A stretch of DNA of 49,640 nucleotides from Nemertoderma westbladi. Lineage: Eukaryota; Animalia; Xenacoelomorpha. Below the pieces are notes generated by a model. That model saw only the letters and a program-made list of their open reading frames with translations, was not told the DNA's origin and made no database searches. The position numbers were made by a program, and so were the translations under genes. Below are positions 1 through 12,760 of the stretch, piece after piece. The stretch is taken from the NCBI GenBank assembly GCA_032718475.1, contig JAUCBJ010004844.1:1-49640 (forward strand). Direction: 5' to 3'. Within the stretch, counting starts at the first letter, position 1. Every line of letters starts with the position of its first letter.

Positions 1-1576
1 CTGGTACCGGTACTTGTGCTTGTACTTGTACTGGTACCGGTACTGGGCTTGTACTTGTGCTTGTACTTGTACTTGTACCTGTACTTGTACTTGTACTTGT
101 ACTTGTACTTGTACTTGTACTTGTACTTGTATTTGTAATTGTACTTGTACTTGTACTTATATTTGTACTTGTACATGTACTTGTACTTGTACTTGTACTT
201 GAACTTGAACTTGTACTTGTACTTGTACTTGAAGTTGAACTTGTATTTGTACTTGTACTTGTACTTGTACTTATATTTGCACTTGTACTTGTACTTGTAT
301 TTGTACTTGTACTTGTACTTATATTTGCACTTGTACATGTACTTGTACTTGTACTTGTACTTGAACTTGAACTTGTACTTGTACTTGAAGTTGAACTTGT
401 ATTTGTACTTGTACTTGTACTTGTACTTGTACTGGTACTTGAACTTGTATTTGTAATTGTACTTGTACTTGTACTTATATTTGCACTTGTACTTGTACTT
501 GTATTTGTACTTGTACTTGAACTTGTATTTGTAATTGTACTTGTACTGGTACTGGTACCGGTACTTGTGCTTGTACTTGTACTGGTACCGGTACTGGGCT
601 TGTACTTGTGCTTGTACTTGTACTTGTACTTGTACTTGTACTTGTCCTTGTACTTGTACTCGTATTTGTAATTGTACTTGTACTTGTACTTGTACTTATA
701 TTTGTACTTGTATTTGTATTTGTAATTGTACTTGTACTTGTACTTATATTTGTACTTGTACTTGTACTTGTACTTGTACTTGTACTTGAACCTGTACTTG
801 TACTTGTACTTGAACTTGTACTTGTATTTGTACATGTACTTGTACTTGTACTGGTACTTGAACTTGTATTTGTAATTGTACTTGTACTTGTACTTATATT
901 TGCACTTGTACTTGTACTTGTATTTGTACTTGTACTTGCACTTGTACTGGTACTTGAACTTGTATTTGTAATTGTACTTGTACTTGTACTTGTACTTGTC
1001 CTTGTACTTGTACTTGTACTTGACCTTGTACTTGTACTTGTACCTGTACCTGTACTTGTACTTGTACTTGTACTTGTACTTGAACTTGTATTTGTAATTG
1101 TACTTGTACTTGTACCTGTACTTGTACTTGTACTTGTGCTTGTACTTGTACTTGTACTTGTACTTGTCCTTGTACTTGTACTTGTACTTGACCTTGTACT
1201 TGTACCTGTACTTGTAACTGCACTGGTACTTGTACTTGTACTGGTACCGGTACTTGTGCTTGTACTTGTACTTGTACTTGTCCTTGTACTTGTACTTGTC
1301 CTTGTACTTGTACCTGTACTTGTACTTGTACTTGTACTTGTACTTGTACTTGTACTTGTACTTGTACGTGTACTTGTACTTGTACGTGTACTTGTACTTG
1401 TACTTGTACGTGTACTTGTACTTGTACGTGTACGTGTACTTGTACTGGTACTGGTACCGGTACTTGTGCTTGTACTTGTACTGGTACCGGTACTGGGCTT
1501 GTACTTGTACTTGTACTTGTACCTGTACTTGTACTTGTACTTGTACTTGTACTTGTACTTGTCCTTGTACTTGTAC
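1..1576. repeat. (GTACTT)n hexamer microsatellite, array A; runs off the left edge of the window
   Basis: Continuous TTGTAC units with variants (TTGAAC, TTGTAA, TTATAT, CTGGTACCGG). Explains the poly-LV/LY/CT/ST/QV ORFs. Confidence 0.97.
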
Positions 1577-3165
1577 AAAATGTCATTTTGCCAAAATGTC
1601 ACTCTCAAATTGACATTTTGACATGTCATTTTGCCAAAATGTCATTTTCAAGTTGACATTTTGACAAGTCATTTTGCCAAAATGTAACATTCGAATTGAC
1701 ATTTTGACATGTCATTTTGCCAAAATGTCACTTTCGAATTGACGTTTTGACATGTCATTTTGTCAAAATGTCATTTTCAAATTGACATTTTGACATGTAA
1801 TTTTGCCAAAATGTCACTTTCAAATTTACATTTCGACATGTTATTTTGGCAAAATGTCACTTTCGAATTGACATTTTGACATGTCATTTTGTCAAAATGT
1901 CATTTTCAAATTGACATTTTGACATGTCATTTTGCCAAAATGTCAATGTGACAATATGTCACTTTCAAATTGACATTTTGACTGTCATTTTGCCAAATGT
2001 CACTTTCGAATTGACATTTTGACATGTCATTTTGCCAAAATGTCATTTGGCCAAAATGTCACTTTCGAATTGACATTTTGACATGTCATTTTGCCAAATA
2101 TCACTTTCGAATTGACATTTTGACATGTCATTTTGTCAAAATGTTACTTTCGAATTGACATTTTGTCATGTCATTTTGCCAAAATGTCAATGTGACAATA
2201 TGTCACTTTCAAATTGACATTTTGACTGTCATTTTGCCAAATGTCACTTTCGAATTGACATTTTGACATGTCATTTTGCCAAAATGTCATTTGGCCAAAA
2301 TGTCACTTTCGAATTGACATTTTGACATGTCATTTTGCCAAATATCACTTTCGAATTGACATTTTGACATGTCATTTCGCCAAAATGTTACTTTCGAATT
2401 GACATTTTGTCATGTCATTTTGCCAAAATGTCAATGTGACAATATGTCACTTTCAAATTGACATTTTGACTGTCATTTTGCCAAATGTCACTTTCGAATT
2501 GACATTTTGACATGTCATTTTGCCAAAATGTCATTTTGCCAAAATGTCACTTTCGAATTGACATTTTGACATGTCATTTTGCCAAATATCACTTTCGAAT
2601 TGACATTTTGACATGTCATTTCGCCAAAATGTTACTTTCGAATTGACATTTTGTCATGTCATTTTGCCAAAATGTCAATGTGACAATATGTCACTTTCAA
2701 ATTGACATTTTGACTGTCATTTTGCCAAATGTCACTTTCGAATTGACATTTTGACATGTCATTTTGCCAAAATGTCATTTTGCCAAAATGTTACTTTCAA
2801 ATTGACATTTTGACATGTCATTTTGCCAAAATTTCACTTTCAAATTGACATTTTGACATGTCATTTTGCCAAAATGTCACTTTCGAATTGACATTTTGAC
2901 GTGTCATTTTGCCAAAATGTCATTTTCAAGTTGACATTTTGACATGTCATTTTGCCAAAATGTCACTTTCGAATTGACATTTTGACGTGTTATTTTGCCA
3001 AAATGCCACTTTCAAATTGACATTGACATGTCAATTTGCCAAAATGTAACTTTCGAAATGACATCTTGACATGTCATTTAGCCAAAATGTCACTTTCGAA
3101 TTGACATTTTGACATGTTATTTTGTCAAAATTTCATTTCAAAATTGCGATTTTGACTTGTCATAT
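1576..3165. repeat. 43-bp palindromic satellite, array A
   Basis: Unit CAAAATGTCACTTTCGAATTGACATTTTGACATGTCATTTTGC; starts at 1721 and 1764 give a period of 43. CAAAATGTCA and TGACATTTTG are reverse complements. Confidence 0.95.
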
Positions 3166-4160
3166 TTTAGGAGATTTAAGGTATTTTTTCTTGAAAAAGC
3201 ATACAAAACTATTCGCAGTCCGTTTCTGTAACATTTAGAGAAAAGTTCACTTGTGATACTTCTTTTAGTGTTAAATTAACCGCAGATTCCAAATACAGTA
3301 ACCGTTTATACATATGATTTGTAGTTCTCGCGATATTTGGGTTCAAACACAACGTTTTTTGATATTTTATGAGATCTTAGGCATTTTTTATTGAAAAAGC
3401 AGACATAACTTTTCTGAGTCCGTTTCTGTAACATTTAGAGAAAAGTTCACTTGTGATACTTATTTTAGTGTTAAATTAACCGCAGATTCCAAATACAGTA
3501 ACCGTTTATACATATGATTTGTAGTTCTCGCGATATTTCGGTTCAAACACAACGTTTTTTGATATTTTGTGAGATTTTAGGTATTTTTTATTGAAAAAGC
3601 AGACATAACTATTCCCAGTCCGTTTCTATAACATTTAGTGAAAAGTTCACTTGTGATACTTCTTTTAGTGTTAAATTAACCGCAGATTCCAAATACAGTA
3701 ACCGTTTATACATATGATTTGTAGTTCTCGCGATATTTGGGTTCAAACACAACGTTTTTTGATATTTTGTGAGATTTTAGGTATTTTTTATTGAAAAAGC
3801 AGACATAACTATTCCCAGTCCGTTTCTATAACATTTAGTGAAAAGTTCACTTGTGATACTTCTTTTAGTGTTAAATTAACCGCAGATTCCAAATACAGTA
3901 ACCGTTTATACATATGATTTGTAGTTCTCGCGATATTTCGGTTCAAACACAACGTTTTTTGATATTTTGTGAGATTTTAGGTATTTTTTATTGAAAAAGC
4001 AGACATAACTATTCCCAGTCCGTTTCTGTAACATTTATAGAAAGGTTCACTTGTGATACTTATTTTAGTGTTAAATTAACAGCAGATTCCAAATACAGTA
4101 ACCGTTTTTAAATATATTTTGTTCTTATGAAGATATTGGGGTTCAAACAAAACGTCTTTG
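3161..4160. repeat. 200-bp tandem repeat, about 5 copies, array A
   Basis: AAAAGTTCACTTGTGATACT (last copy AAAGG...) recurs at 3241, 3441, 3641, 3841 and 4041. Confidence 0.95.
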
Positions 4161-4855
4161 AGATGAATTCGAAAAAATACAGTTATGTAACTTGGATAAG
4201 AATTAATAATTATTTGTTATGTCAACAACTGATATAAACCAAATATTTGAAACACACAGTTATATAACTTAATATCAGTTCAGTTAAAAACAGTTAAATC
4301 ACCATTATTGTGTCCATAATTAATTAATTAGTTCTAATTAATATAAATTATCAATCGCGAGTGACCAATACATATTGATTTTTCAACATGGTAGAAACCC
4401 ATCCCTAGGCAGTGTGTGGAGTATTAGCGACATTGTTCATCATCATGCGGCGTTCAATGTAGTCTGTCCTAAAAAAAATATTAACAATAATTCAGATAGA
4501 TCAATTAATTAGTACAAACTAATAGTAATAGTATCTTGACTTATAGTTTTAAAACATATTTATATTGCGTATAATTTACACAATATAATTTATAAATACT
4601 TCCCAAAACTAAGAACTAGAAATATTATCGGAACCTCTACAACAGTTTTATTAAACGGCCGTCGTCATATCCAGAACATCAAACTTTCTTATAAGCGACT
4701 TGTAATTGAATTGAATCCAGACCGTAAATGAATTTCGCCAACACAATGAATGTTGTATTATTGTGATTTCATAAGTTTCTCTCTATCGTCTATAGCGGTG
4801 GGGCTACGGCAATATAACAATCCTTGAGTTCTTATTGGTCAGCAACAACTGGGAT

Positions 4856-4873
4856 GGGGGGGGGGGGGGGGGG
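4856..4873 (+). other. Poly-G tract (G18), possible G-quadruplex, about 0.7 kb upstream of the GTPase ATG
   Basis: Pure G run. Homologous runs at 13453-13473 (G21) and 37651-37670 (G20). Confidence 0.6.
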
Positions 4874-5563
4874 TAAGTCAAGAATTAATTGATTTCGTAA
4901 AAAAAGTTAAAGTAATGGATAAATAAATATTGTTCTTTATAAAAACAAATGTAACTAGCGTTCTAATTAACGAAATTTAGTGATTTTTAGCTCATTTAAA
5001 AGCTACACATTTCAGCATTATAAATATGTTAATAGATCGTATTGAAACTCAATGGAAGTTACTGTTTAATCCATTCCATTCAATTCATTCCATTACATTA
5101 ACTCGCTTCCTATTGCGTGCCACGGCATTTAATTCACACAATTTGTAGGCTATAATAACCCTGAGTTGAACTGTATTGTTATATTATTGCTACAGAGAGT
5201 TTAAATGTATTTCAATAACATGACCTGATGTAATAGGAACCTTGTACTGTTGATATGTATCAATGTATGACATCGTTATATTTTATATTAGATAAATTAC
5301 ATTTAATTAACCAATCATAATTGCGGACAAAACCAAACATTACCAAAGCACTATTTATAGTCAATATTATATATTAGTAAATACACTCCAATCCTCAAGT
5401 AAGTTTTCTGCTTTGTAATGTCGAATACAGAAAAGGTTTATATATGTTATCTGTATTTTCCCTCTCGAAAATTAGCTAGGCCTACAACATAAGGGAAGTG
5501 TATATCACTGAATATGACAATCTAACATATGTTATTAAATTAATAATAATAATTAAAACAATT

Positions 5564-5953
5564 ATGTTTGACCTTATTAAAGTTGGTGTGGTTGGTGTTT
5601 CTGGAAGCGGAAAGACAACATTAATTGATAACCTAACGAGTTGTAATAGAAAACGTAGTACCGAGATCCTTCCTACGGAATATGGGGCAATCATTAAAAA
5701 TAGATTTAATGATTCCATCGAATTATGGGATATCCCAGATTTGGACACCGGAATACAAAGTTTCGACAAGTTGGATTCAAACGTTACAGATATGACGTCA
5801 TACCATTTATGTCTTGTGTTCGGTAGTCATCGTTTTCGCCTGGAGGATTATCACTGGATCAAATCGGCCGGTTTCAATAAAGTAATTTACGTTCGTAGTA
5901 AATTTGATTTGGATTCTCAGAAAGACGTTAATCGTGTCTCTATTGGTTTAGAG
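5564..5953 (+). pseudogene. Orphan copy A of exon 1 of the IRG-like GTPase (partial duplicate or alternative first exon)
   Basis: ATG at 5564, GVSGSGKT P-loop, WDIPD, VRSKFD, and donor GAG|GTTAGT at 5953/5954. Near-identical to 38069-38467, but homology to the intact gene stops at about 6542, inside the intron. Confidence 0.75.
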
Positions 5954-6131
5954 GTTAGTTTATGGTGGAATTTTTGGTGGAAATGTTTTATAATTCTCAA
6001 TTAGTAACTTTAATTTGTCAAGTTTTTTAGTACTTTTAGTACCGTTACTTTAGTTAAAAGGGTTAGTTTTGAGTTGGCTGCGCTTAAAAAGTAATTAAAT
6101 TAAATTACACTCAAATTAAGTTGCCAATTTA

Positions 6132-6493
6132 CAGGGTTGCCACTCAACAGGAAAAGTTAGAATTGTCAGAATTATAATAATTGTTTCCATGGAATAAACC
6201 AGGAAATGGTCCGGGGTTCTATATACCGGTACATAACTTTACGTTTCGTTGGCGCGGCTGGCCATGTAACTTCCATACACCATAAATGGTGACTCAAAGT
6301 TCAACTTGGTACTGAATTATATAGGTACACTATATTGGCTCGCGTGTCTTTTGTCAGTCATTGGTATGATGTTGTTTTAATTTACCGATATATTATTAAA
6401 TATTAAAATTTGTCAGGGTATTTTTTCAAAAAATCAGGAAAGTGTCAGAGAGAGGACAAGGAAAATTGCTACTGAAATAGGGTGGCATCCCTG
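6132..6493. mobile_element. MITE-like element in the GTPase intron, copy A
   Basis: Terminal inverted repeat CAGGGTTGCCAC ... GTGGCATCCCTG (11/12 match), flanked by TA on both sides. Confidence 0.7.
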
Positions 6494-6545
6494 TAATAGC
6501 GAAACATGGAAAACGTATGTAAATGCAATATCCATGCGGACTAAC

Positions 6546-6916
6546 TTAGTAAGGATAAACTTCTAGAACACGTCTTGAGTATTCTCCATTGTTGGGGTCC
6601 GCACTAGACTGTCGTTCCAACTCCCTGTAATCCCAAGACTCGTGGTCTCCCGCTAAGCGGCGCTGATAAACCTCTCCCAGGGTTAGAACTTTCATTGTGA
6701 ATTTCTTGAACGGCCGGCCGCGGTTCCTCTTGAGTAAACCTGAGTAAATGAATTTAAATAATAAGTTAATTAATAAGTGAAGTCTTCTTATAGTAAGTCT
6801 TGCTCCATTGTAATTATATACGTGATTATAATAAATAAATTACCTTTCTTGTAATTGTCCCCGATCCCGAAACACTTTAATATATTCGATCGCGAACGGC
6901 CATTAATGCGACGTCT
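6546..6916 (-). other. Possible two-exon 3' fragment of an unknown gene
   Basis: Minus strand: acceptor TTTTTTATAG, exon 6916-6844, donor GTAATT, 104-nt intron, acceptor TTTACTCAG, exon 6739-6546 ending in TAA. The joined frame is open for 88 codons. No recognisable motif. Confidence 0.25.
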
Positions 6917-8244
6917 CTATAAAAAAGCAGATAATATTTAGGCCTATGAATAAACAAACTATAATAATACTAGAAAGTCAAGGTTAAACCAAACCGAATG
7001 AATATAATACAAAGCCGGTTGGTTGAAAGCATATTATATTAATATGGAGACACAAGAGTATTGTTATTGACATCGCAATACAAAGTAATTATATGTCTGG
7101 AGGGTGGAATGACCCCAAGTCTTTGAATAATAGCCGACCCACCGACCGGCATTCAATTAATATTAAAATGCTTCTACGGCTACGGTACAGTACTACCAAT
7201 AAGGACATTCAATATAATAGTAAATAGTTGGAGGCAATGGCTGAATGAATGAATAGCCGCGTTAAGTTAAACTGCAACAGAGGTGTATGTAAATCGAAAC
7301 AAATAGGCCACGGTCACTCACGTTAGCAAGCCTGCATGATATGATATAAGTATGACAAGGGCTTGAAGTATTGGCTACCCCGCCCATAAACTATAGTAAC
7401 TGTATGATATTTTCGTCTTAATTCCCGCTTTGAGGTTCTGAAGGTTGAGGTGATTCTCGCTTTTTAGTCCTTATTAATGTGAAACAAAGGATAAGAAGAG
7501 GACGTAAAGATATACTTGATATTTTCACTTAATTAACAGCAGAAATGTGTTGGAATTGAAGTTATTAATTTTTGTAGATTACTTACTCGAGAAATGTCTG
7601 AAAGACATTTTTGAAAATCAAAGAGATTTTTGTGAAAGTGTCTTTTGACAGGTGTCTAAGCCAGCCAATGGGCATAGCAGAATTGACATTATGTTTTTTT
7701 TGCAATATTGCCCCATAGAGTAACATGGAGTAACCATAGTAATACCATGGTAAGGGCCAGTCCTTAGCATATAAATTGGAAATGTCTCTAGCGGGCACCC
7801 CCCCCGGCCGTCTGTCTGTAGCGTCTCTAGCGTCCGAAGTAAATTCGTACTGTGCCACAAGGTGGTGTATAAGACTATTCCTATTGTAAGTACAATGAAT
7901 GCGGTTGGGATGGATATGGATAAGGCAATAATTATTCTATGATAGGAGAAGGGGAATATTATATGTTGATGTGGGCAGGGAATAATGCCGGTGGTTGGGT
8001 TATATTGTTAAAGTAATGAAAAGTTTAAAGGTCTGTATGTTCGGTTGTTGTGGATGAAAAATGCTGATTTAAAGTTCTTTAGATTCAGTGTAAATTGATC
8101 TTTCTATTATTCATACCAAGAACTAACAATCAGGATCAAGAATAACCTTATTTAAAAAATGTATTATTATATATCCTGCGGTATGCAATGCCATTGGTTT
8201 CAATGTCGATTACAATATCAATATCGGTTATTGGTATCGGTTAC

Positions 8245-9757
8245 TGGTACTTGTACTTGTACTTGTATTTGTACTTGTACTTGTACTTGTACTTGTACTT
8301 GTACTTGTACTTGTACTTGTACTTGTACTTGTACTTGTACTTGTACTTGTACTTGTAATTGTGCTTGTGATTGTGATTGTGCTTGTGCTTGTGCTTGTGC
8401 TTGTGCTTGTGCTTATGCTTGTGCTTGTGCTTGTGCTTGTGCTTATGCTTATGCTTGTACTTGTACTTGTACTTGTCCTTGTACTTGTACTTGTCCTTGT
8501 ACTTGTACCTGTACCTGTACTTGTACTTGTACTTGTACTTGTACTTGTACTTGTACTTGTACTTGTACTTGTACTTGTACTTGTACCTTGTACTTGTACT
8601 TGTACTTGTACTTGTACTTGTACTTGTACTTGTACTTGTACTTGTACTTGTACTTGTACTTGTAATTGTGCTTGTGATTGTGCTTGTGCTTGTGCTTGTG
8701 CTTGTGCTTATGCTTGTACTTGTACTTGTCCTTGTACTTGTACTTTTACTTGTCCTTGTACTTGTACCTGTACCTGTACTTGTACTTGTACTTGTACTTG
8801 TACGTGTACTTGTACTTGTACGTGTACTTGTACTTGTACTTGTACTTGTACGTGTACTTGTACTTGTACTTGTACTTGTACTTGTACTTGTACTTGTACT
8901 TGTACTTGTACTTGTACTTGTCCTTGTACTTGTACCTGTACCTGTACTTGTACTTGTACTTGTACTTGTACTTGTACGTGTACTTGTACTTGTACGTGTA
9001 CTTGTACTTGTACTTGTACTTGTACGTGTACTTGTACTTGTACTTGTACTTGTACTTGTACTTGTACTTGTACTTGTACTTGTACTTGTACTTGTACTTG
9101 TACTTGTATTTGTACTTGTACTTGTACTTGTACTTGTACTTGAACTTGTACTTGTACTTGTACCTGTACCTGTACTTGTACTTGTACTTGTACTTGTACT
9201 TGTACGTGTACTTGTACTTGTACTTGTACGTGTACTTGTACTTGTACTTGTACTTGTACCTTGTACTTGTACTTGTACTTGTAATTGTGCTTGTGATTGT
9301 GCTTGTGCTTGTGCTTGTGCTTGTGCTTATGCTTGTACTTGTACTTGTCCTTGTACTTGTACTTGTATTTGTCCTTGTACTTGTACCTGTACTTGTACTT
9401 GTACTTGTACTTGTACGTGTACTTGTACTTGTACTTGTACTTGTAATTGTGCTTGTGATTGTGCTTGTGCTTATGCTTATGCTTGTACTTGTACTTGTAC
9501 TTGTACTTGTACTTGTACTTGTACTTGTCCTTGTACTTGTACTTGTACTTGTACTTGTACGTGTACTTGTACGTGTACTTGTACTTGTACTTGTACGTGT
9601 ACTTGTACTTGTACGTGTACGTGTACTGGTACTGGTACCGGTACTTGTGCTTGTACTGGTACCGGTACTGGGCTTGTACTTGTACTTGTACTTGTACTTG
9701 TACCTGTACTTGTACTTGTACTTGTACTTGTACTTGTACTTGTCCTTGTACTTGTAC
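8245..9757. repeat. (GTACTT)n hexamer microsatellite, array B
   Basis: TTGTAC units with TTGTGC/TTATGC/GTGTAC variants. The 3' end closely matches the end of array A. Confidence 0.97.
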
Positions 9758-11760
9758 AAAATGTCATTTTGCCAAAATGTCACTCTCAAATTGACATTTT
9801 GACATGTCATTTTGCCAAAATGTCACTTTCAAATTGACATTTTGACATGTCATTTTGCCACAATGTCAATGTGTCAATATGTCACTTTCAAATTGACATT
9901 TTGACATGTCACTTTGCCAAAATGTCATTTTGCCAAAATGTCATTTTCAAGTTGACATTTTGACAAGTCATTTTGCCAAAATGTAACTTTCGAATTGACA
10001 TTTTGACATGTCATTTTGCCAAAATGTCACTTTCGAATTGACATTTTGACATGTCATTTTGTCAAAATGTCATTTTCAAATTGACATTTTGACATGTAAT
10101 TTTGCCAAAATGTCACTTTCAAATTTACATTTCGACATGTTATTTTGCCAAAATGTCACTTTCGAATTGACATTTTGACATGTCATTTTGTCAAAATGTC
10201 ATTTTCAAATTGACATTTTGACATGTCATTTTGCCAAAATGTCAATGTGCCAATATGTCACTTTCAAATTGACATTTTGACTGTCATTTTGCCAAATGTC
10301 ACTTTCGAATTGACATTTTGACATGTCATTTTGCCAAAATGTCATTTGGCCAAAATGTCACTTTCGAATTGACATTTTGACATGTCATTTTGCCAAATAT
10401 CACTACTTTCGAATTGACATTTTGACATGTCATTTTGTCAAAATGTTACTTTCGAATTGACATTTTGTCATGTCATTTTGCCAAAATGTCAATGTGACAA
10501 TATGTCACTTTCAAATTGACATTTTGACTGTCATTTTGCCAAATGTCACTTTCGAATTGACATTTTGACATGTCATTTTGCCAAAATGTCATTTGGCCAA
10601 AATGTCACTTTCGAATTGACATTTTGACATGTCATTTTGCCAAATATCACTTTCGAATTGACATTTTGACATGTCATTTCGCCAAAATGTTACTTTCGAA
10701 TTGACATTTTGTCATGTCATTTTGCCAAAATGTCAATGTGACAATATGTCACTTTCAAATTGACATTTTGACTGTCATTTTGCCAAATGTCACTTTCGAA
10801 TTGACATTTTGACATGTCATTTTGCCAAAATGTCATTTTGCCAAAATGTTACTTTCAAATTGACATTTTGACATGTCATTTTGCCAAAATGTCACTTTCA
10901 AATTGACATTTTGACATGTCATTTTGCCACAATGTCAATCTGTCAATATGTCACTTTCAAATTGACATTTTGACATGTCATTTTGCCAAAATGTCACTTT
11001 CGAATTGACATTTTGACATGTCATTTTGCCAAAATGTCACTTTCAAATTGACATTTTGACATGTCATTTTGCCAAAATGTCACTTTCAAATTGACATTTT
11101 GACATGTCATTTTGCCACAATGTCAATCTGTCAATATGTCACTTTCAAATTGACATTTTGACATGTCATTTTGCCAAAATGTCACTTTCGAATTGACATT
11201 TTGACATGTCATTTTGCCAAAATGTCATTTTGCCAATATGTCACTTTCAAATTGACATTTTGACATGTCATTTTGCCAAAATGTCACTTTCGAATTGACA
11301 TTTTGACATGTCATTTTGCCAAAATGTCATTTTGCCAAAATGTCACTTTTAAATTGACATTTTGACATGTCATTTTGCCAAAATGTCACTTTCGAATTGA
11401 CATTTTGACGTGTTATTTTGCCTAAATGCCACTTTCAAATTGACATTTTGACATGTCATTTTGCCAAAATGTCACTTTCAAATTGACATTTTGACATGTC
11501 ATTTTGCCAAAATGTCACTTTCGAATTGACATTTTGACGTGTCATTTTGCCAAAATGTCATTTTCAAGTTGACATTTTGACATGTCATTTTGCCAAAATG
11601 TCACTTTCGAATTGACATTTTGACGTGTTATTTTGCCAAAATGCCACTTTCGAATTGACATTTTGACATGTCATTTTGCCAAAATGTCACTTTCGAATTG
11701 ACATTTTGACATGTCATTTTGTCAAAATTTCATTTCAAAATTGCGATTTTGACTTGTCAT
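9757..11760. repeat. 43-bp palindromic satellite, array B
   Basis: Same unit and same terminal sequence (AAATTGCGATTTTGACTTGTCATATTTTAGG) as array A. Confidence 0.95.
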
Positions 11761-12760
11761 ATTTTAGGAGATTTAAGGTATTTTTTCTTGAAAAAGCATA
11801 CAAAACTATTCGCAGTCCGTTTCTGTAACATTTAGAGAAAAGTTAACTTGTGATACTTCTTTTAGTGTTAAATTAACCGCAGATTCCAAATACAGTAACC
11901 GTTTATACATATGATTTGTAGTTCTCGCGATATTTGGGTTCAAACACAACGTTTTTTGATATTTTATGAGATCTTAGGCATTTTTTATTGAAAAAGCAGA
12001 CATAACTTTTCTGAGTCCGTTTCTGTAACATTTAGAGAAAAGTTCACTTGTGATACTTATTTTAGTGTTAAATTAACCGCAGATTCAAAATACAGTAACC
12101 GTTTATACATATGATTTGTAGTTCTCGCGATATTTGGGTTCAAACACAACGTTTTTTGATATTTTATGAGATCTTAGGCATTTTTTATTGAAAAAGCAGA
12201 CATAACTTTTCTGAGTCCGTTTCTGTAACATTTAGAGAAAAGTTAACTTGTGATACTTCTTTTAGTTTTAAATTAACCGCAGATTCCAAATACAGTAACC
12301 GGTTATACATATGATTTGTAGTTCTCGCGATATTTCGGTTCGAACACAACGTTTTTTGATATTTTGTGAGATTTTAGGTATTTTTTATTGAAAAAGCAGA
12401 CATAACTATTCCCAGTCCGTTTCTATAACATTTAGTGAAAAGTTCACTTGTGATACTTATTTTAGTGTTAAATTAACCGCAGATTCCAAATACAGTAACC
12501 GTTTATACATATGATTTGTAGTTCTCGCGATATTTCGGTTCAAACACAACGTTTTTTGATATTTTGTGAGATTTTAGGTATTTTTTATTGAAAAAGCAGA
12601 CATAACTATTCCCAGTCCGTTTCTATAACATTTAGTGAAAAGTTCACTTGTGATACTTATTTTAGTGTTAAATTAACCGCAGATTCCAAATACAGTAACC
12701 GTTTTTAAATATATTTTGTTCTTATGAAGATATTGGGGTTCAAACAAAACGTCTTTGAGA
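11757..12760. repeat. 200-bp tandem repeat, about 5 copies, array B
   Basis: Marker AAAAGTT recurs at about 11838, 12038, 12238, 12438 and 12638. Confidence 0.95.

Noticed and set aside
14-1629. Long ORFs of poly-LV, LY, CT, ST, QV and KY (also 8159-9837)
   Set aside because: Consequence of a stop-free hexamer repeat that is open in most frames on both strands; no gene evidence.
5482-5769. Minus-strand ORFs opposite GTPase exon 1 (also 14082-14369 and 38002-38277)
   Set aside because: Antisense shadows without recognisable features.
7583-7860. Two short minus-strand ORFs; also 15597-15797, 40360-40605, 42738-43200 and 47805-47990
   Set aside because: Short, mostly non-ATG starts, no motifs, and several lie within repeats.
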